Below, piece by piece: positions 28,664 through 39,290 of a stretch of 41,235 nt of DNA. The notes below the pieces were generated by a model that saw nothing but the letters and a program-made list of their open reading frames with translations, was not told where the DNA came from and did not search any database. The stretch is taken from the NCBI GenBank assembly GCA_964654465.1, contig CAZZIO010000049.1:1-41235 (forward strand), read 5' to 3'. Position 1 is the first letter of the stretch, and each line of letters starts with the position of its first letter. Position numbers and translations under genes: made by a program. The DNA is from an uncultured Dictyoglomota bacterium (GTDB taxonomy: Bacteria > Dictyoglomota > Dictyoglomia > Dictyoglomales > Dictyoglomaceae).

Positions 28664-29935
28664 ATGGAAACCATAGCTTTAAGAATGTATGGAAAGATGG
28701 GTCTTAGGCTTGAAAAATTTGGGCTTCCCGATATTAAAGAAGATGAAATACTTGCAGAGATAATTTCAGATACCAGCTGTCCATCTACTTATAAAGAGAT
28801 AGTGCAGGGGTCAGAGCATCCGAGAGTACCAAAGGATATTGATAAAAACCCTGTTATTGTGGGACATGAAATGGCAGGTATTATTTTAAAAATTGGAGAA
28901 AAATGGAAAGATAAATATAAAGAAGGACAAAAGTTTACTATTCAACCTGCCCTTTTATATGAAAAAGGTCCTGTAGGTGTATTAAGTGCTCCTGGTTATT
29001 CATACAAATATTTAGGGGGGCTTGCTACAAGGGTCATTATTCCTAATGAAGTGATGGAACAAGATTGTCTTTTAATATATGAAGGAGATGCTTTCTATAA
29101 GGCATCCTTAGTGGAACCTCTGTCTTGTGTGGTTGGTGCTGTTAATGCTCAATATCATACAAAGGAAAATTCATATGAGCATATAATGGGTATAAAGCCT
29201 GGAGGTAAAACTGCGATTTTAGGTGGAGCAGGTCCTATGGGTCTTGCTTTTCTTGCTTATCTTATTTATGGTCCTCAAAATCCTGGATTGTTAATTATTA
29301 CTGATATTGATGATTCTAAGCTTCAAAGGGCTGTTAGAGCTTTTCCTGTAGATAAGATTAAAGAAAAGGGCATAGATATTAGATTTATTAATCCTACAAA
29401 AGATCAATCATATAAAGAAGTGAAATATGATGATATCTTTGTATTATATCCCAGTCCTAAATTAGTTGAGGAAGCAGACTCTCTACTTGACAGAGATGGA
29501 TGTCTAAACTTTTTTGCAGGACCAACAGACCATAATTTTACCGCATGTGTTAATTTCTATAAGGTTCATTATGATAAGCATCATTTTGTGGCTACATCTG
29601 GGGGAAATGCTAATGATATGAAGATAGCTTTAGATCTTATTCAGAAAGGCATTATAGATCCTTCTCCTATGATTACACATGTTGGGGGTTTGAATGTGGC
29701 AAGGGATGTGCTTTTAAATTTTCCCAATATTCCTGGAGGAAAGAAATTAATCTACACCCACATAAAGTTTCCTTTGTCAGATATTGATGATTTTGAAAGA
29801 TTAAGCATTGAAGGTCCTACCGAATTAAGAGATATTTATAGAGATCTATATCAAATTGTTAAAGAGAATAATGGATGGTGGTGTAAAGAAGCAGAAGATT
29901 ATATATTGAAAAAGGGGGAGAAAATAGATGTGTGA
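28664..29935 (+). CDS. L-sorbose-1-phosphate reductase (SorE)-like Zn-dependent MDR
   Basis: ALRMYGK..LRLE, GHE, IPNEVMEQDCLL.YEG, SLVEPLSCV.GA, GG.GPMGL, PGGKKLIY closely follow enterobacterial SorE as I recall it. Confidence 0.85.
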   Translation: METIALRMYGKMGLRLEKFGLPDIKEDEILAEIISDTSCPSTYKEIVQGSEHPRVPKDIDKNPVIVGHEMAGIILKIGEKWKDKYKEGQKFTIQPALLYEKGPVGVLSAPGYSYKYLGGLATRVIIPNEVMEQDCLLIYEGDAFYKASLVEPLSCVVGAVNAQYHTKENSYEHIMGIKPGGKTAILGGAGPMGLAFLAYLIYGPQNPGLLIITDIDDSKLQRAVRAFPVDKIKEKGIDIRFINPTKDQSYKEVKYDDIFVLYPSPKLVEEADSLLDRDGCLNFFAGPTDHNFTACVNFYKVHYDKHHFVATSGGNANDMKIALDLIQKGIIDPSPMITHVGGLNVARDVLLNFPNIPGGKKLIYTHIKFPLSDIDDFERLSIEGPTELRDIYRDLYQIVKENNGWWCKEAEDYILKKGEKIDV

Positions 29936-30725
29936 TTGCCAAAGATTAAAAGATAGAGTAGCAATTGTTACTGGAGCAGCTCAAGGGCTTGGTGAGGCTC
30001 TTGCTTATAGGCTTGCTAAGGAAGGTTGTGATGTTACTGTTGCTGACATAAAAATAGATAAGGCTCAAGAAGTGGTAAGAAGAATTGAAGAGGAATATAA
30101 AAGAAGGGCATTAGCTATAAAATGTGATGTAACTAATGAGGAAGATGTGAAAAATATGGTAGAAAAGACGGTTGAGGTTTTTGGAAAACTTGATATAATG
30201 GTTGCTAATGCTGGAATATTGATAGCTCATGATATTACTGAATTTCCTCTTGAGGATTGGAAAAAGGTTATTGATGTAAATTTGACAGGCTATTTTCTCT
30301 GTGCGAGAGAGGCGGCAAAGGTTATGGTGAGACAAAGATCAGGTGTCATAATACAGATTAATTCAAAATCAGGTAAAAAAGGGAGTTTTAGGAATTCTGC
30401 TTATTCTGCATCTAAATTTGGAGGAATAGGTTTTACTCAGAGTATTGCATTAGATTTGGCTCCATATAATGTAAGAGTGATAGCTGTTTGTCCTGGAGAT
30501 CTTCTGGATTCACCTTTGTGGAAAGAAAGTCTATATGATCAATATGCAAAGAGATTAGGGATAAGCAAAGAAGAGGTAAGAGAAAGGTATTTAAAACAGG
30601 TTCCCCTTGGAAGAGCATGTACTTATGATGATGTGGCAAATGTGGTAGTATTTCTTGCCAGTGATGAGGCATCCTATATTACTGGAGATGCTGTTAATGT
30701 TAGTGGTGGGGTAGAGATGAGGTGA
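29928..30725 (+). CDS. srlD: Sorbitol-6-phosphate 2-dehydrogenase (SrlD)-like SDR
   Basis: VNLTGYFLCARE, IIQINSKSGKKGS..NSAYSASKFGG.G.TQS.ALDLA, QYA..LGI, VPL.R.C.Y.DV. Confidence 0.85.
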   Translation: MCDCQRLKDRVAIVTGAAQGLGEALAYRLAKEGCDVTVADIKIDKAQEVVRRIEEEYKRRALAIKCDVTNEEDVKNMVEKTVEVFGKLDIMVANAGILIAHDITEFPLEDWKKVIDVNLTGYFLCAREAAKVMVRQRSGVIIQINSKSGKKGSFRNSAYSASKFGGIGFTQSIALDLAPYNVRVIAVCPGDLLDSPLWKESLYDQYAKRLGISKEEVRERYLKQVPLGRACTYDDVANVVVFLASDEASYITGDAVNVSGGVEMR

Positions 30726-30729
30726 AGAA

Positions 30730-31719
30730 ATGAGAGTACATATAGATATTGGTGTTAATGGAGCCTTTTTAACAAGAAGGTGGGAAGAACCTGAAAATTT
30801 TATAAGGCTTACAAAAGAACTTGGGTATGATTACCATTCTTTCTGTAGTGATGTTTTAGATCCCTTCTTTAGTGGCGATAAGGAATATCAAATAGAGACA
30901 GCAAAGAAAATAAAGGAGTATTCAGAAAAATATGATGTAGATATATGGGACTACTATACAGGGATGGCAACCCATAGGTTCCATGGTTTGTCTCATAGTG
31001 ATGAAAGAGTTAGAAAGAAAATGAAAGAATGGATCATATCTGCCATGGATATTGTAAGGGAGATGGGGGCAAAATATCTTGGAGGACATTGGGATGCTAT
31101 TTCTGTAGAAGTATTGCAAGATAATAGCAAAAAAAGAGAAAGAATTAATTACGTTTATAATACTTTTAAGGAACTTGCTAAGATTGCTAAAGATAAGGGG
31201 CTTTTAGGCATTTCTAATGAACAGATGTATATACCAAGTGAAAAACCATGGACATTAAAAGAGGCTGAAGAATTTCTTATTGAAGTAAATAAAGATAATG
31301 AAGGGGTTCCTGTTTACTTAACTATTGATGTGGGCCATCAGGCTGGTATGCATTACGGACTTACAGGAGACGATCTTTCCTACGAAGAATGGTTAAGAAG
31401 ATTTGCTTGTTTTTCTCCCATTATTCATTTACAACAGACAAAGCCAGATTCAAGTAGTCATTGGCCATTTACAGAAGAATATAATTCTATTGGACATGTC
31501 AAAATTGAGAAGGTGCTTTCTGCAATAAAGTCGTCTTTTGAAAATTATAAAGAAAATCCTGTATCTAAATATTTAAACCCAGTAGATAAAATAGTACTTA
31601 TAGTTGAAGTTATTCCACCTTCCACAAAAACTGAGGAAAAGGTATTAGAAGAGCTTAAAAAGACCTCTGATTATCTACGAAATTATATTCCTAAGGGAGG
31701 AATTTATTATGAATTCTGA
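30730..31719 (+). CDS. Xylose-isomerase-like TIM-barrel sugar-phosphate epimerase (EryC-like)
   Basis: G.N..F.T.RW.EP, metal ligands E.MY, DVGH, HLQQ, HWPFT..N..G and C-terminal E; resembles the EryC ketose-1-phosphate 3-epimerase group. Confidence 0.65.
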   Translation: MRVHIDIGVNGAFLTRRWEEPENFIRLTKELGYDYHSFCSDVLDPFFSGDKEYQIETAKKIKEYSEKYDVDIWDYYTGMATHRFHGLSHSDERVRKKMKEWIISAMDIVREMGAKYLGGHWDAISVEVLQDNSKKRERINYVYNTFKELAKIAKDKGLLGISNEQMYIPSEKPWTLKEAEEFLIEVNKDNEGVPVYLTIDVGHQAGMHYGLTGDDLSYEEWLRRFACFSPIIHLQQTKPDSSSHWPFTEEYNSIGHVKIEKVLSAIKSSFENYKENPVSKYLNPVDKIVLIVEVIPPSTKTEEKVLEELKKTSDYLRNYIPKGGIYYEF

Positions 31720-32377
31720 TGTGGCAAAACTTAAAAAAGAACTTATAGAGATAGGAAAAAGAATTTCTATGGAAAGCTTAGTTGTTGGGCCTGGAGGAAA
31801 TATAAGTGCAAGGCTTGGAGATAGAATATATATAAAAGCAAGTGGATCTTCCTTTGAAGATGCTATAGAAGAGGACTATATAGGAGTAGAAATAGATTCT
31901 GGAAATGTTGTAGACGGTGATAAAAGGCCTTCCTCAGAAATTTGGATGCATCTTGAGTGCTATAAGCAAAGGGAAGATGTAATGGCAGTGATTCATACCC
32001 ATCCTGTATATGCTATTGCATATGCTTTTCAAGATGAATCTCTAAAACCTTTTACTCCTGATATGGTTGCTCTCCTTGGAGGAGAGATTCCAGTAATTGA
32101 GTATGTAGTTCCTGGAGGTAAAGAGTTTGCTGAGGCAGTAGGTGAGATTATAAAAAATCATAATGGGGTTTTAGTAAAGAATCATGGTCTTGTTACAGTT
32201 GGAAGTAATTTAAAAGAGGCGTTATATAGAACTTTACTTATTGAATCTTCAATTAAAGTAATTTTTGTAGCAAAACTTTTTGGAAAGATGCGCTTCTTTA
32301 CAAAAGAACAAATAGATGAAATTGATAATTTAGAAGTTGAAAAATATAGAAAAAAATTATTAAAGGATAAATTTTAA
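31709..32377 (+). CDS. Class II aldolase/epimerase (FucA-like)
   Basis: GGNIS, PSSE..MH, HTH and NHG Zn ligands. Confidence 0.88.
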   Translation: MNSDVAKLKKELIEIGKRISMESLVVGPGGNISARLGDRIYIKASGSSFEDAIEEDYIGVEIDSGNVVDGDKRPSSEIWMHLECYKQREDVMAVIHTHPVYAIAYAFQDESLKPFTPDMVALLGGEIPVIEYVVPGGKEFAEAVGEIIKNHNGVLVKNHGLVTVGSNLKEALYRTLLIESSIKVIFVAKLFGKMRFFTKEQIDEIDNLEVEKYRKKLLKDKF

Positions 32378-32378
32378 A

Positions 32379-33104
32379 CTATTTCCAAGGAATATTATCT
32401 CTTCGTCTTACTTGGATTTCGTCAATAACTGCATTATTTCTAAATCTTAATAGAAATACAATAATTTCTGCAATTTCATAGGGTTGTATGAGGAATGATT
32501 TTTTAAGATCAGGTCTAACTTTGTTAACAAGATCAGTGGCAACTCCCCCTGGAGATATTAAATGTACCCTTATATCATATTCATGCACTTCTTGAGCAAG
32601 GACTTTTGTGAATCCGTGAAGTGCATGTTTAGATGCAGTATAGGCACTTTGATTTACATATCCTTTGTAGCCTACTACTGAAGATATATTTATAATAGTT
32701 GGAATTTCTGAGTTTTTCAAATAAGGTATGGCATATTTACATAAAAAATAAGGAACCTTTGCATTAATTGTCATTAAATTATCCCATTCTTCCTCTGACG
32801 TTTCTAATAAAGGTTTGGAAAGAGCTGTTCCAGCATTATTTATTAATATATCTAATCCCCCAAAATATTTAGTTACTTTATCAATAACAAACTTTGGAGC
32901 ATTATTCTCTGTCAAATCTATTGGCAAAATAAATACATCAATATTTTCTTTTGATAATTCATCTTTTATTTTTTTTAATTTATTTTCATCTCTTGCTATA
33001 AGAGCAAGATTAACCTTTTCCTTTGCAAGCCTTCTTGCAATTTCTTCTCCAATCCCTCTACTTGCTCCTGTTATTAATGCTATCTTTTTAGCAAGGTTAA
33101 CCAT
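32379..33104 (-). CDS. SDR family oxidoreductase
   Basis: TGASRGIG, NNAG, SS and YTASK catalytic motif. Confidence 0.9.
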   Translation of the reverse strand: MVNLAKKIALITGASRGIGEEIARRLAKEKVNLALIARDENKLKKIKDELSKENIDVFILPIDLTENNAPKFVIDKVTKYFGGLDILINNAGTALSKPLLETSEEEWDNLMTINAKVPYFLCKYAIPYLKNSEIPTIINISSVVGYKGYVNQSAYTASKHALHGFTKVLAQEVHEYDIRVHLISPGGVATDLVNKVRPDLKKSFLIQPYEIAEIIVFLLRFRNNAVIDEIQVRRRDNIPWK

Positions 33105-33143
33105 GGCTTTATTATATCATGACATTGATAATGAAAAAAAATC

Positions 33144-33172
33144 TTGACAGAAATGAAAAATAAAAATAGAAT
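33144..33172 (+). promoter_or_regulatory. Promoter of the CUT1 ABC/GH4 operon
   Basis: TTGACA-17nt-TAGAAT. Confidence 0.72.
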
Positions 33173-33273
33173 ATAGACGTAAAAATATACAAAATCTTTG
33201 CATAATATTAAAGGGGGGTGATCTGTAAATTTAAAAAATCTCTCCTAAATAATATTAAAAGGGGGTTAGATTT

Positions 33274-34542
33274 ATGAAGTTTAAAGGGGTTTTAGTTTTT
33301 TTGTTACTTCTTCTCATCGTTTTGACAGTTAATTATTCTCAACAGCCTATAAATTTAAGGGTTGCTTGGTGGGGAAGCCAAACCAGACATAATCAGACTC
33401 TTGAAGTAATCAAGCTGTTTGAAAAAAGATATCCCAATATTAAAATAACGCCAGAATATACATCATGGAGTGATTACTGGACGAAACTTAATACACAGGC
33501 TGCAGCTGGAAACTTACCTGATGTAATACAACATGATTATCAATATATTACTGAATGGGTAAATAGAGGATTACTTTTACCTCTTGATGATTTTGTTAAG
33601 GATAATGTAATAAATCTAAAAGATGTGGCTACTAATTATATAAAGCCTGGAATAGTAAATAGTAGACTTTATGGTATAAATCTTGGTGTTAATGCTCTTG
33701 GTCTTGTTTATGATCCTGAATTATTCAAACAAGCTGGTTTTCCTCTTCCAAAAAATGATTGGACTTGGGAGGAATTTAAAAATACAGTTATACAAATAAA
33801 GAAAAAACTTTGTATTTATGGTGTTGAAGGCTTTACAGGTCAAATAGAATGCTTCAAAATTTGGTTAATTGAGAATGGAGAATGGTTATATTCTCAAGAT
33901 GGTAAGTCCATAGGTTTTAGTAAAGACACATTTGTAAAATGGTGGAAAATGATGCTTGATATAGAGAATGCGGGTGCTGCTCCAGATGTAACAGTGGATG
34001 TTTCAAGGACAGGTCTTGGAGTTGAAGATCAATTTATTGTTAAAAAGAAATCTGCCATGTCTCTTGCTTGGAGTAATCAGCTTATTGCTATATCAAAAGC
34101 TGCTGGCAGACCTTTAAAGATGGTTCTTTTCCCAAGGCTTGATAAAAAATCAAAATCTGGTACCTATCTTAAAGCTTCCATGTTTTTCTCTATTTATTCC
34201 AGGACAAGATATCCTAAAGAGGCAGCTATGTTTATTGATTTCTTTACTAACAATTTAGATGCTCATAAGATTATGAAAGCAGAAAGAGGAGTTCCTATTT
34301 CAAGTAGAGTACAAACTTTCTTAAAACCATATATTGAGGCTTCTCAGAAAGAGGCTTTTGCTTTTGTAAGACTTGCTGAAAAAGAAGGATCGCCTACACC
34401 TCCTCCTGATATTCCTAAACATGCAGAGATATCAAATAATGTTATAGCTCCTATATGGGAGCAAATTAGATACAAGAAGATTGGATTAGAGGAGGCCTAT
34501 GATACTCTTAAGAAAGAAGCAGAGAAAATATTGAATAGGTAA
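33274..34542 (+). CDS. Oligosaccharide ABC substrate-binding protein (CUT1; YesO/TogB-like)
   Basis: Signal peptide, WWGS..R, W.DYWTKL.TQAA.GNLPDV.Q, ERGVP. Confidence 0.85.
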   Translation: MKFKGVLVFLLLLLIVLTVNYSQQPINLRVAWWGSQTRHNQTLEVIKLFEKRYPNIKITPEYTSWSDYWTKLNTQAAAGNLPDVIQHDYQYITEWVNRGLLLPLDDFVKDNVINLKDVATNYIKPGIVNSRLYGINLGVNALGLVYDPELFKQAGFPLPKNDWTWEEFKNTVIQIKKKLCIYGVEGFTGQIECFKIWLIENGEWLYSQDGKSIGFSKDTFVKWWKMMLDIENAGAAPDVTVDVSRTGLGVEDQFIVKKKSAMSLAWSNQLIAISKAAGRPLKMVLFPRLDKKSKSGTYLKASMFFSIYSRTRYPKEAAMFIDFFTNNLDAHKIMKAERGVPISSRVQTFLKPYIEASQKEAFAFVRLAEKEGSPTPPPDIPKHAEISNNVIAPIWEQIRYKKIGLEEAYDTLKKEAEKILNR

Positions 34543-34552
34543 TTAATGTTTT

Positions 34553-34583
34553 AGGGGGAGAATAATAAAATTCTCCCCCTTTT
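34553..34583 (+). terminator. Hairpin after the binding-protein gene
   Basis: AGGGGGAGAAT-6nt-ATTCTCCCCCT followed by TTT. Confidence 0.6.
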
Positions 34584-34611
34584 ATACTTTATAAGGGGAG
34601 TAGATAATATT

Positions 34612-35520
34612 ATGAGGCTATCTAAGAAAAAAAGATCCAATATCTTAGCAGGATATTTTTTTATTTCTCCATGGATTATAGGTTTTTTAGCATTTATTTT
34701 GTTTCCACTTGTGGCTTCTTTTCTTTTATCTTTTACTAAGTATGATGTATTAAGTACTCCTAAATTTATAGGTTTTGATAATTGGTATAGAATGTTTTTT
34801 GAGGATAGGCGTTTTTATAATGCACTGAGAGCAACTCTTAAATATGTGGTCTTTGCTGTTCCTTTTAGATTACTGTTTGCTTTTATCGTTGCTTTGGTAT
34901 TAAATCTTTCAGAACATAAGATAATTAGATTATATAGGGCTATATATTATGTACCTTCTCTTGTTGGGGGAAGTGTTGCAGTAGCAGTAATGTGGAAACA
35001 AATTTTTGGTATGGATGGACTTGTAAATTATATATTACAGAATATTTTGGGGTATTCAGAAAAGATTATGTGGCTTGGTGATCCTCGTTTTGCAATATGG
35101 ACTTTAATTTTACTTGCAATGTGGCAATTTGGATCTCCTATGCTTATATTTTTAGCAGGGTTAAAACAGATACCTGTAGAACTATATGAGGCTGCAAGTA
35201 TAGATGGGGCAGGATTTTGGAGACAGATATTTAAAATAACATTGCCCCTTTTAAGTCCTGTTATATTTTTTAATCTTGTTATGCAAACAATTGGAGGATT
35301 TATGGTTTTTACACAAGCTTATATTATAACAGGAGGAGCACCTTTAGATACTACTCTATTTTATGCTCTTTATGTATATCAAAAGGCTTTTAGAGATTAT
35401 GATATGGGATATGCATCTGCAATGGCTTGGTTCTTATTAGTTGTGGTAGCAGTCGTGACTTTTATTTTGTTTAAAACTTCTAAAAAATGGGTATATTATG
35501 AGGCAGGGGAGGTTAAGTAA
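34612..35520 (+). CDS. Carbohydrate ABC permease (MalF-like)
   Basis: LYEAASIDGA EAA motif, MGYASAMAW. Confidence 0.92.
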   Translation: MRLSKKKRSNILAGYFFISPWIIGFLAFILFPLVASFLLSFTKYDVLSTPKFIGFDNWYRMFFEDRRFYNALRATLKYVVFAVPFRLLFAFIVALVLNLSEHKIIRLYRAIYYVPSLVGGSVAVAVMWKQIFGMDGLVNYILQNILGYSEKIMWLGDPRFAIWTLILLAMWQFGSPMLIFLAGLKQIPVELYEAASIDGAGFWRQIFKITLPLLSPVIFFNLVMQTIGGFMVFTQAYIITGGAPLDTTLFYALYVYQKAFRDYDMGYASAMAWFLLVVVAVVTFILFKTSKKWVYYEAGEVK

Positions 35521-35523
35521 TTT

Positions 35524-36369
35524 ATGATAAAGAAAACTTTAACTTTTTATGTAATTTATTATATCCTAATTAGTATTTTTGCCTTTGTAATGATTTATCC
35601 ACTACTTTGGTTGATAGGTTCGTCATTTAAAACGCATCAGGAGATATTTTCAGATATGACATCACTTATTCCTAAAAAATTTACGATTGAGAATTATATA
35701 GAGGGATGGGAAGGATTTGGAGGTATAACCTTTGCTACTTTTTTTAAAAATTCTTTTATTTTATCCACTGGAGTAACTATTGGTATAGTTATATCATCAA
35801 CCATGATTGCCTATGGACTTTCAAGAATCGCTTTTCCGGGAAGAAATTTTTGGTTTACAACTATAATGTTAACCTTACTTCTTCCAGGACAAGTTCTTAT
35901 TGTTCCACGATATATACTTTTTTATAAACTTGGTTGGGTTAATTCCTTTAAACCCTTAATTGTTCCTGCCTTTTTTGGGGGTCCTTTTTTTATTTTTTTG
36001 ATGATGCAGTTTATAAGAGGAATTCCCTATGAATATGATGAGGCTGCATCTATTGATGGGGCTAGTAAATATCAAATATTTTGGTACATTATCTTGCCAG
36101 GATTAAAACCTGCTTTAATCACCAGTGTAATCTTTGCTTTTTATTGGACATGGGATGATTTTATGGGACCCTTATTGTATTTAAATAAACCAGAGTTGTA
36201 CCCTGTAGCTCTTGCTTTAAAGGCTTTTGCTGATCCTACAACTATTACAAATTGGGGAGCTGTTTTTGCTATGTCAGTTCTGTCGCTTATTCCTATTTTT
36301 ATTATTTTTATATTTTTCCAAAAGTATATGGAGACAGGTATTGCTACTACCTCTGTATCAAAGTTATAG
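35524..36369 (+). CDS. Carbohydrate ABC permease (MalG-like)
   Basis: YDEAASIDGA EAA motif, WDDF.GPLLYL. Confidence 0.92.
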   Translation: MIKKTLTFYVIYYILISIFAFVMIYPLLWLIGSSFKTHQEIFSDMTSLIPKKFTIENYIEGWEGFGGITFATFFKNSFILSTGVTIGIVISSTMIAYGLSRIAFPGRNFWFTTIMLTLLLPGQVLIVPRYILFYKLGWVNSFKPLIVPAFFGGPFFIFLMMQFIRGIPYEYDEAASIDGASKYQIFWYIILPGLKPALITSVIFAFYWTWDDFMGPLLYLNKPELYPVALALKAFADPTTITNWGAVFAMSVLSLIPIFIIFIFFQKYMETGIATTSVSKL

Positions 36370-36381
36370 AATTCTTAATAA

Positions 36382-37794
<1,413 letters not shown>

Positions 37795-37840
37795 GAGTTA
37801 GTAAGTACTTATTTCTTTACCATAAAAAGGCCACTTAAGT

Positions 37841-37890
37841 ACCTTGGTAATCCTTCTCGGCAATTTAGAGGAGGGTTACCAAGGTTTTTT
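37841..37890 (+). terminator. Intrinsic terminator after GH4
   Basis: ACCTTGGTAATCCTTCTC...GAGGAGGGTTACCAAGGT stem (with G-U pairs) followed by TTTTT. Confidence 0.8.
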
Positions 37891-37977
37891 CTGAATTCAT
37901 AGTTTTTATACTCTCAACAATAGAAAAATGATGGCAATATTACACAAATCTACATCAAAGATTGATTTTATTTATTA

Positions 37978-38006
37978 TTGACCATAACTTTTTTTTGTGA
38001 TAAAAA
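37978..38006 (+). promoter_or_regulatory. Putative promoter of rhaI-rhaB
   Basis: TTGACC-17nt-TAAAAA with TGn extension; the -10 is imperfect. Confidence 0.45.
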
Positions 38007-38086
38007 TAAAACATAAAAACAATAAAAAATGAAAATTAAATTTGAAAAAATAAATAGAAAAATAAAAATATATAGGGGGTAATACT

Positions 38087-39280
38087 ATGATAAATTATGA
38101 AAAAAGGTATGAGATTTTAAGGAATATGTTAGAAGATGAAGGTATAGATGTAGAGGGGGTTGAGAGGAAGTTAAAGAATTTTAGGGTCGAAACTCCTTCT
38201 TGGGGTTATGCTGATTCTGGAACCCGATTTGCTGTATTTAAGCAAAAAGGATCTGCAAGAAATGTAAAGGAAAAGTTGCAAGATGCTGCTATGGTGCATA
38301 AATTAACTGGAATATGTCCTACAGTTGCTCTTCATATACCATGGGATATGTATGATGATTGGGATGAACTATTAAAATATGCTGAATCTCTTGGAGTTAA
38401 ACCAGGTGCAATTAATCCAAATCTATTTCAAGATGATGAGTATAAGTTAGGAAGTTTAACTCATGTTGATAAAAAAGTAAGGGAGAAGGCTATAAATCAT
38501 ATTAAAGAATGCATAGAAATAGCTAAAAGACTTGGATCTAAAGATATTTCCCTTTGGCTTGCTGATGGTACTAATCATCCTGGGCAAGATGACTTTAGAA
38601 AGAGAAAACATAGATTAGAAGAAAGCTTAAGAGAAGTATATTCTTATTTGGATTCCGATATGAGGCTTCTTATAGAGTATAAGTTTTTTGAACCTGCTTT
38701 TTATCATACGGATATTCCTGACTGGGGAACAGCAATGATTCTTTCAAGAAAGCTTGGAGATAGGGCTTATGTACTTGTAGACTTAGGACATCATCCTCTC
38801 GGGACAAATATAGAGCAGATTGTTGCTATTCTTGTAGATGAAGGAAAACTTGGGGGATTCCATTTTAACAATAAAAAGTATGCAGATGATGATCTTACTA
38901 CTGGCTCTATAAATCCTTATGAATTATTTTTGATATTTAATGAACTGGTTTCTGCGGAAGAAGATGGTTTAAAGATGAATATTGCATATATGATAGATGA
39001 ATCTCACAACCTTAAGAACAAAATAGAAGAGATGATACAAAGTGTTGAAAATATATTTAAAACTTATGCAAAAGCTTTAATTGTAAACAGAAAATTGTTA
39101 AGAAAATATCAAGAGGAATGTGATATTGTCATGGCAGAAAATACCTTGGTAAAAGCCTTTGATACTGATGTTATGCCATTAATTTATAAAGTAAGAGAAG
39201 AAATGGGAGTTCCTCTTGATCCATTGAAGACTTTTCGAGAAAGTGGTTATATGGAAAAGGTTGTTAAAGAGAGAGTATGA
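38087..39280 (+). CDS. rhaI: L-rhamnose isomerase (RhaI type)
   Basis: [58 protein letters not shown]...YADDDL. Confidence 0.92.
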   Translation: MINYEKRYEILRNMLEDEGIDVEGVERKLKNFRVETPSWGYADSGTRFAVFKQKGSARNVKEKLQDAAMVHKLTGICPTVALHIPWDMYDDWDELLKYAESLGVKPGAINPNLFQDDEYKLGSLTHVDKKVREKAINHIKECIEIAKRLGSKDISLWLADGTNHPGQDDFRKRKHRLEESLREVYSYLDSDMRLLIEYKFFEPAFYHTDIPDWGTAMILSRKLGDRAYVLVDLGHHPLGTNIEQIVAILVDEGKLGGFHFNNKKYADDDLTTGSINPYELFLIFNELVSAEEDGLKMNIAYMIDESHNLKNKIEEMIQSVENIFKTYAKALIVNRKLLRKYQEECDIVMAENTLVKAFDTDVMPLIYKVREEMGVPLDPLKTFRESGYMEKVVKERV

Positions 39281-39290
39281 GGTGATAAAT

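Noticed and set aside
39243-39290. Longer GTG-started N-terminus for rhamnulokinase
   Set aside because: It overlaps rhaI; the ATG at 39291 has a strong SD and matches the family N-terminus.
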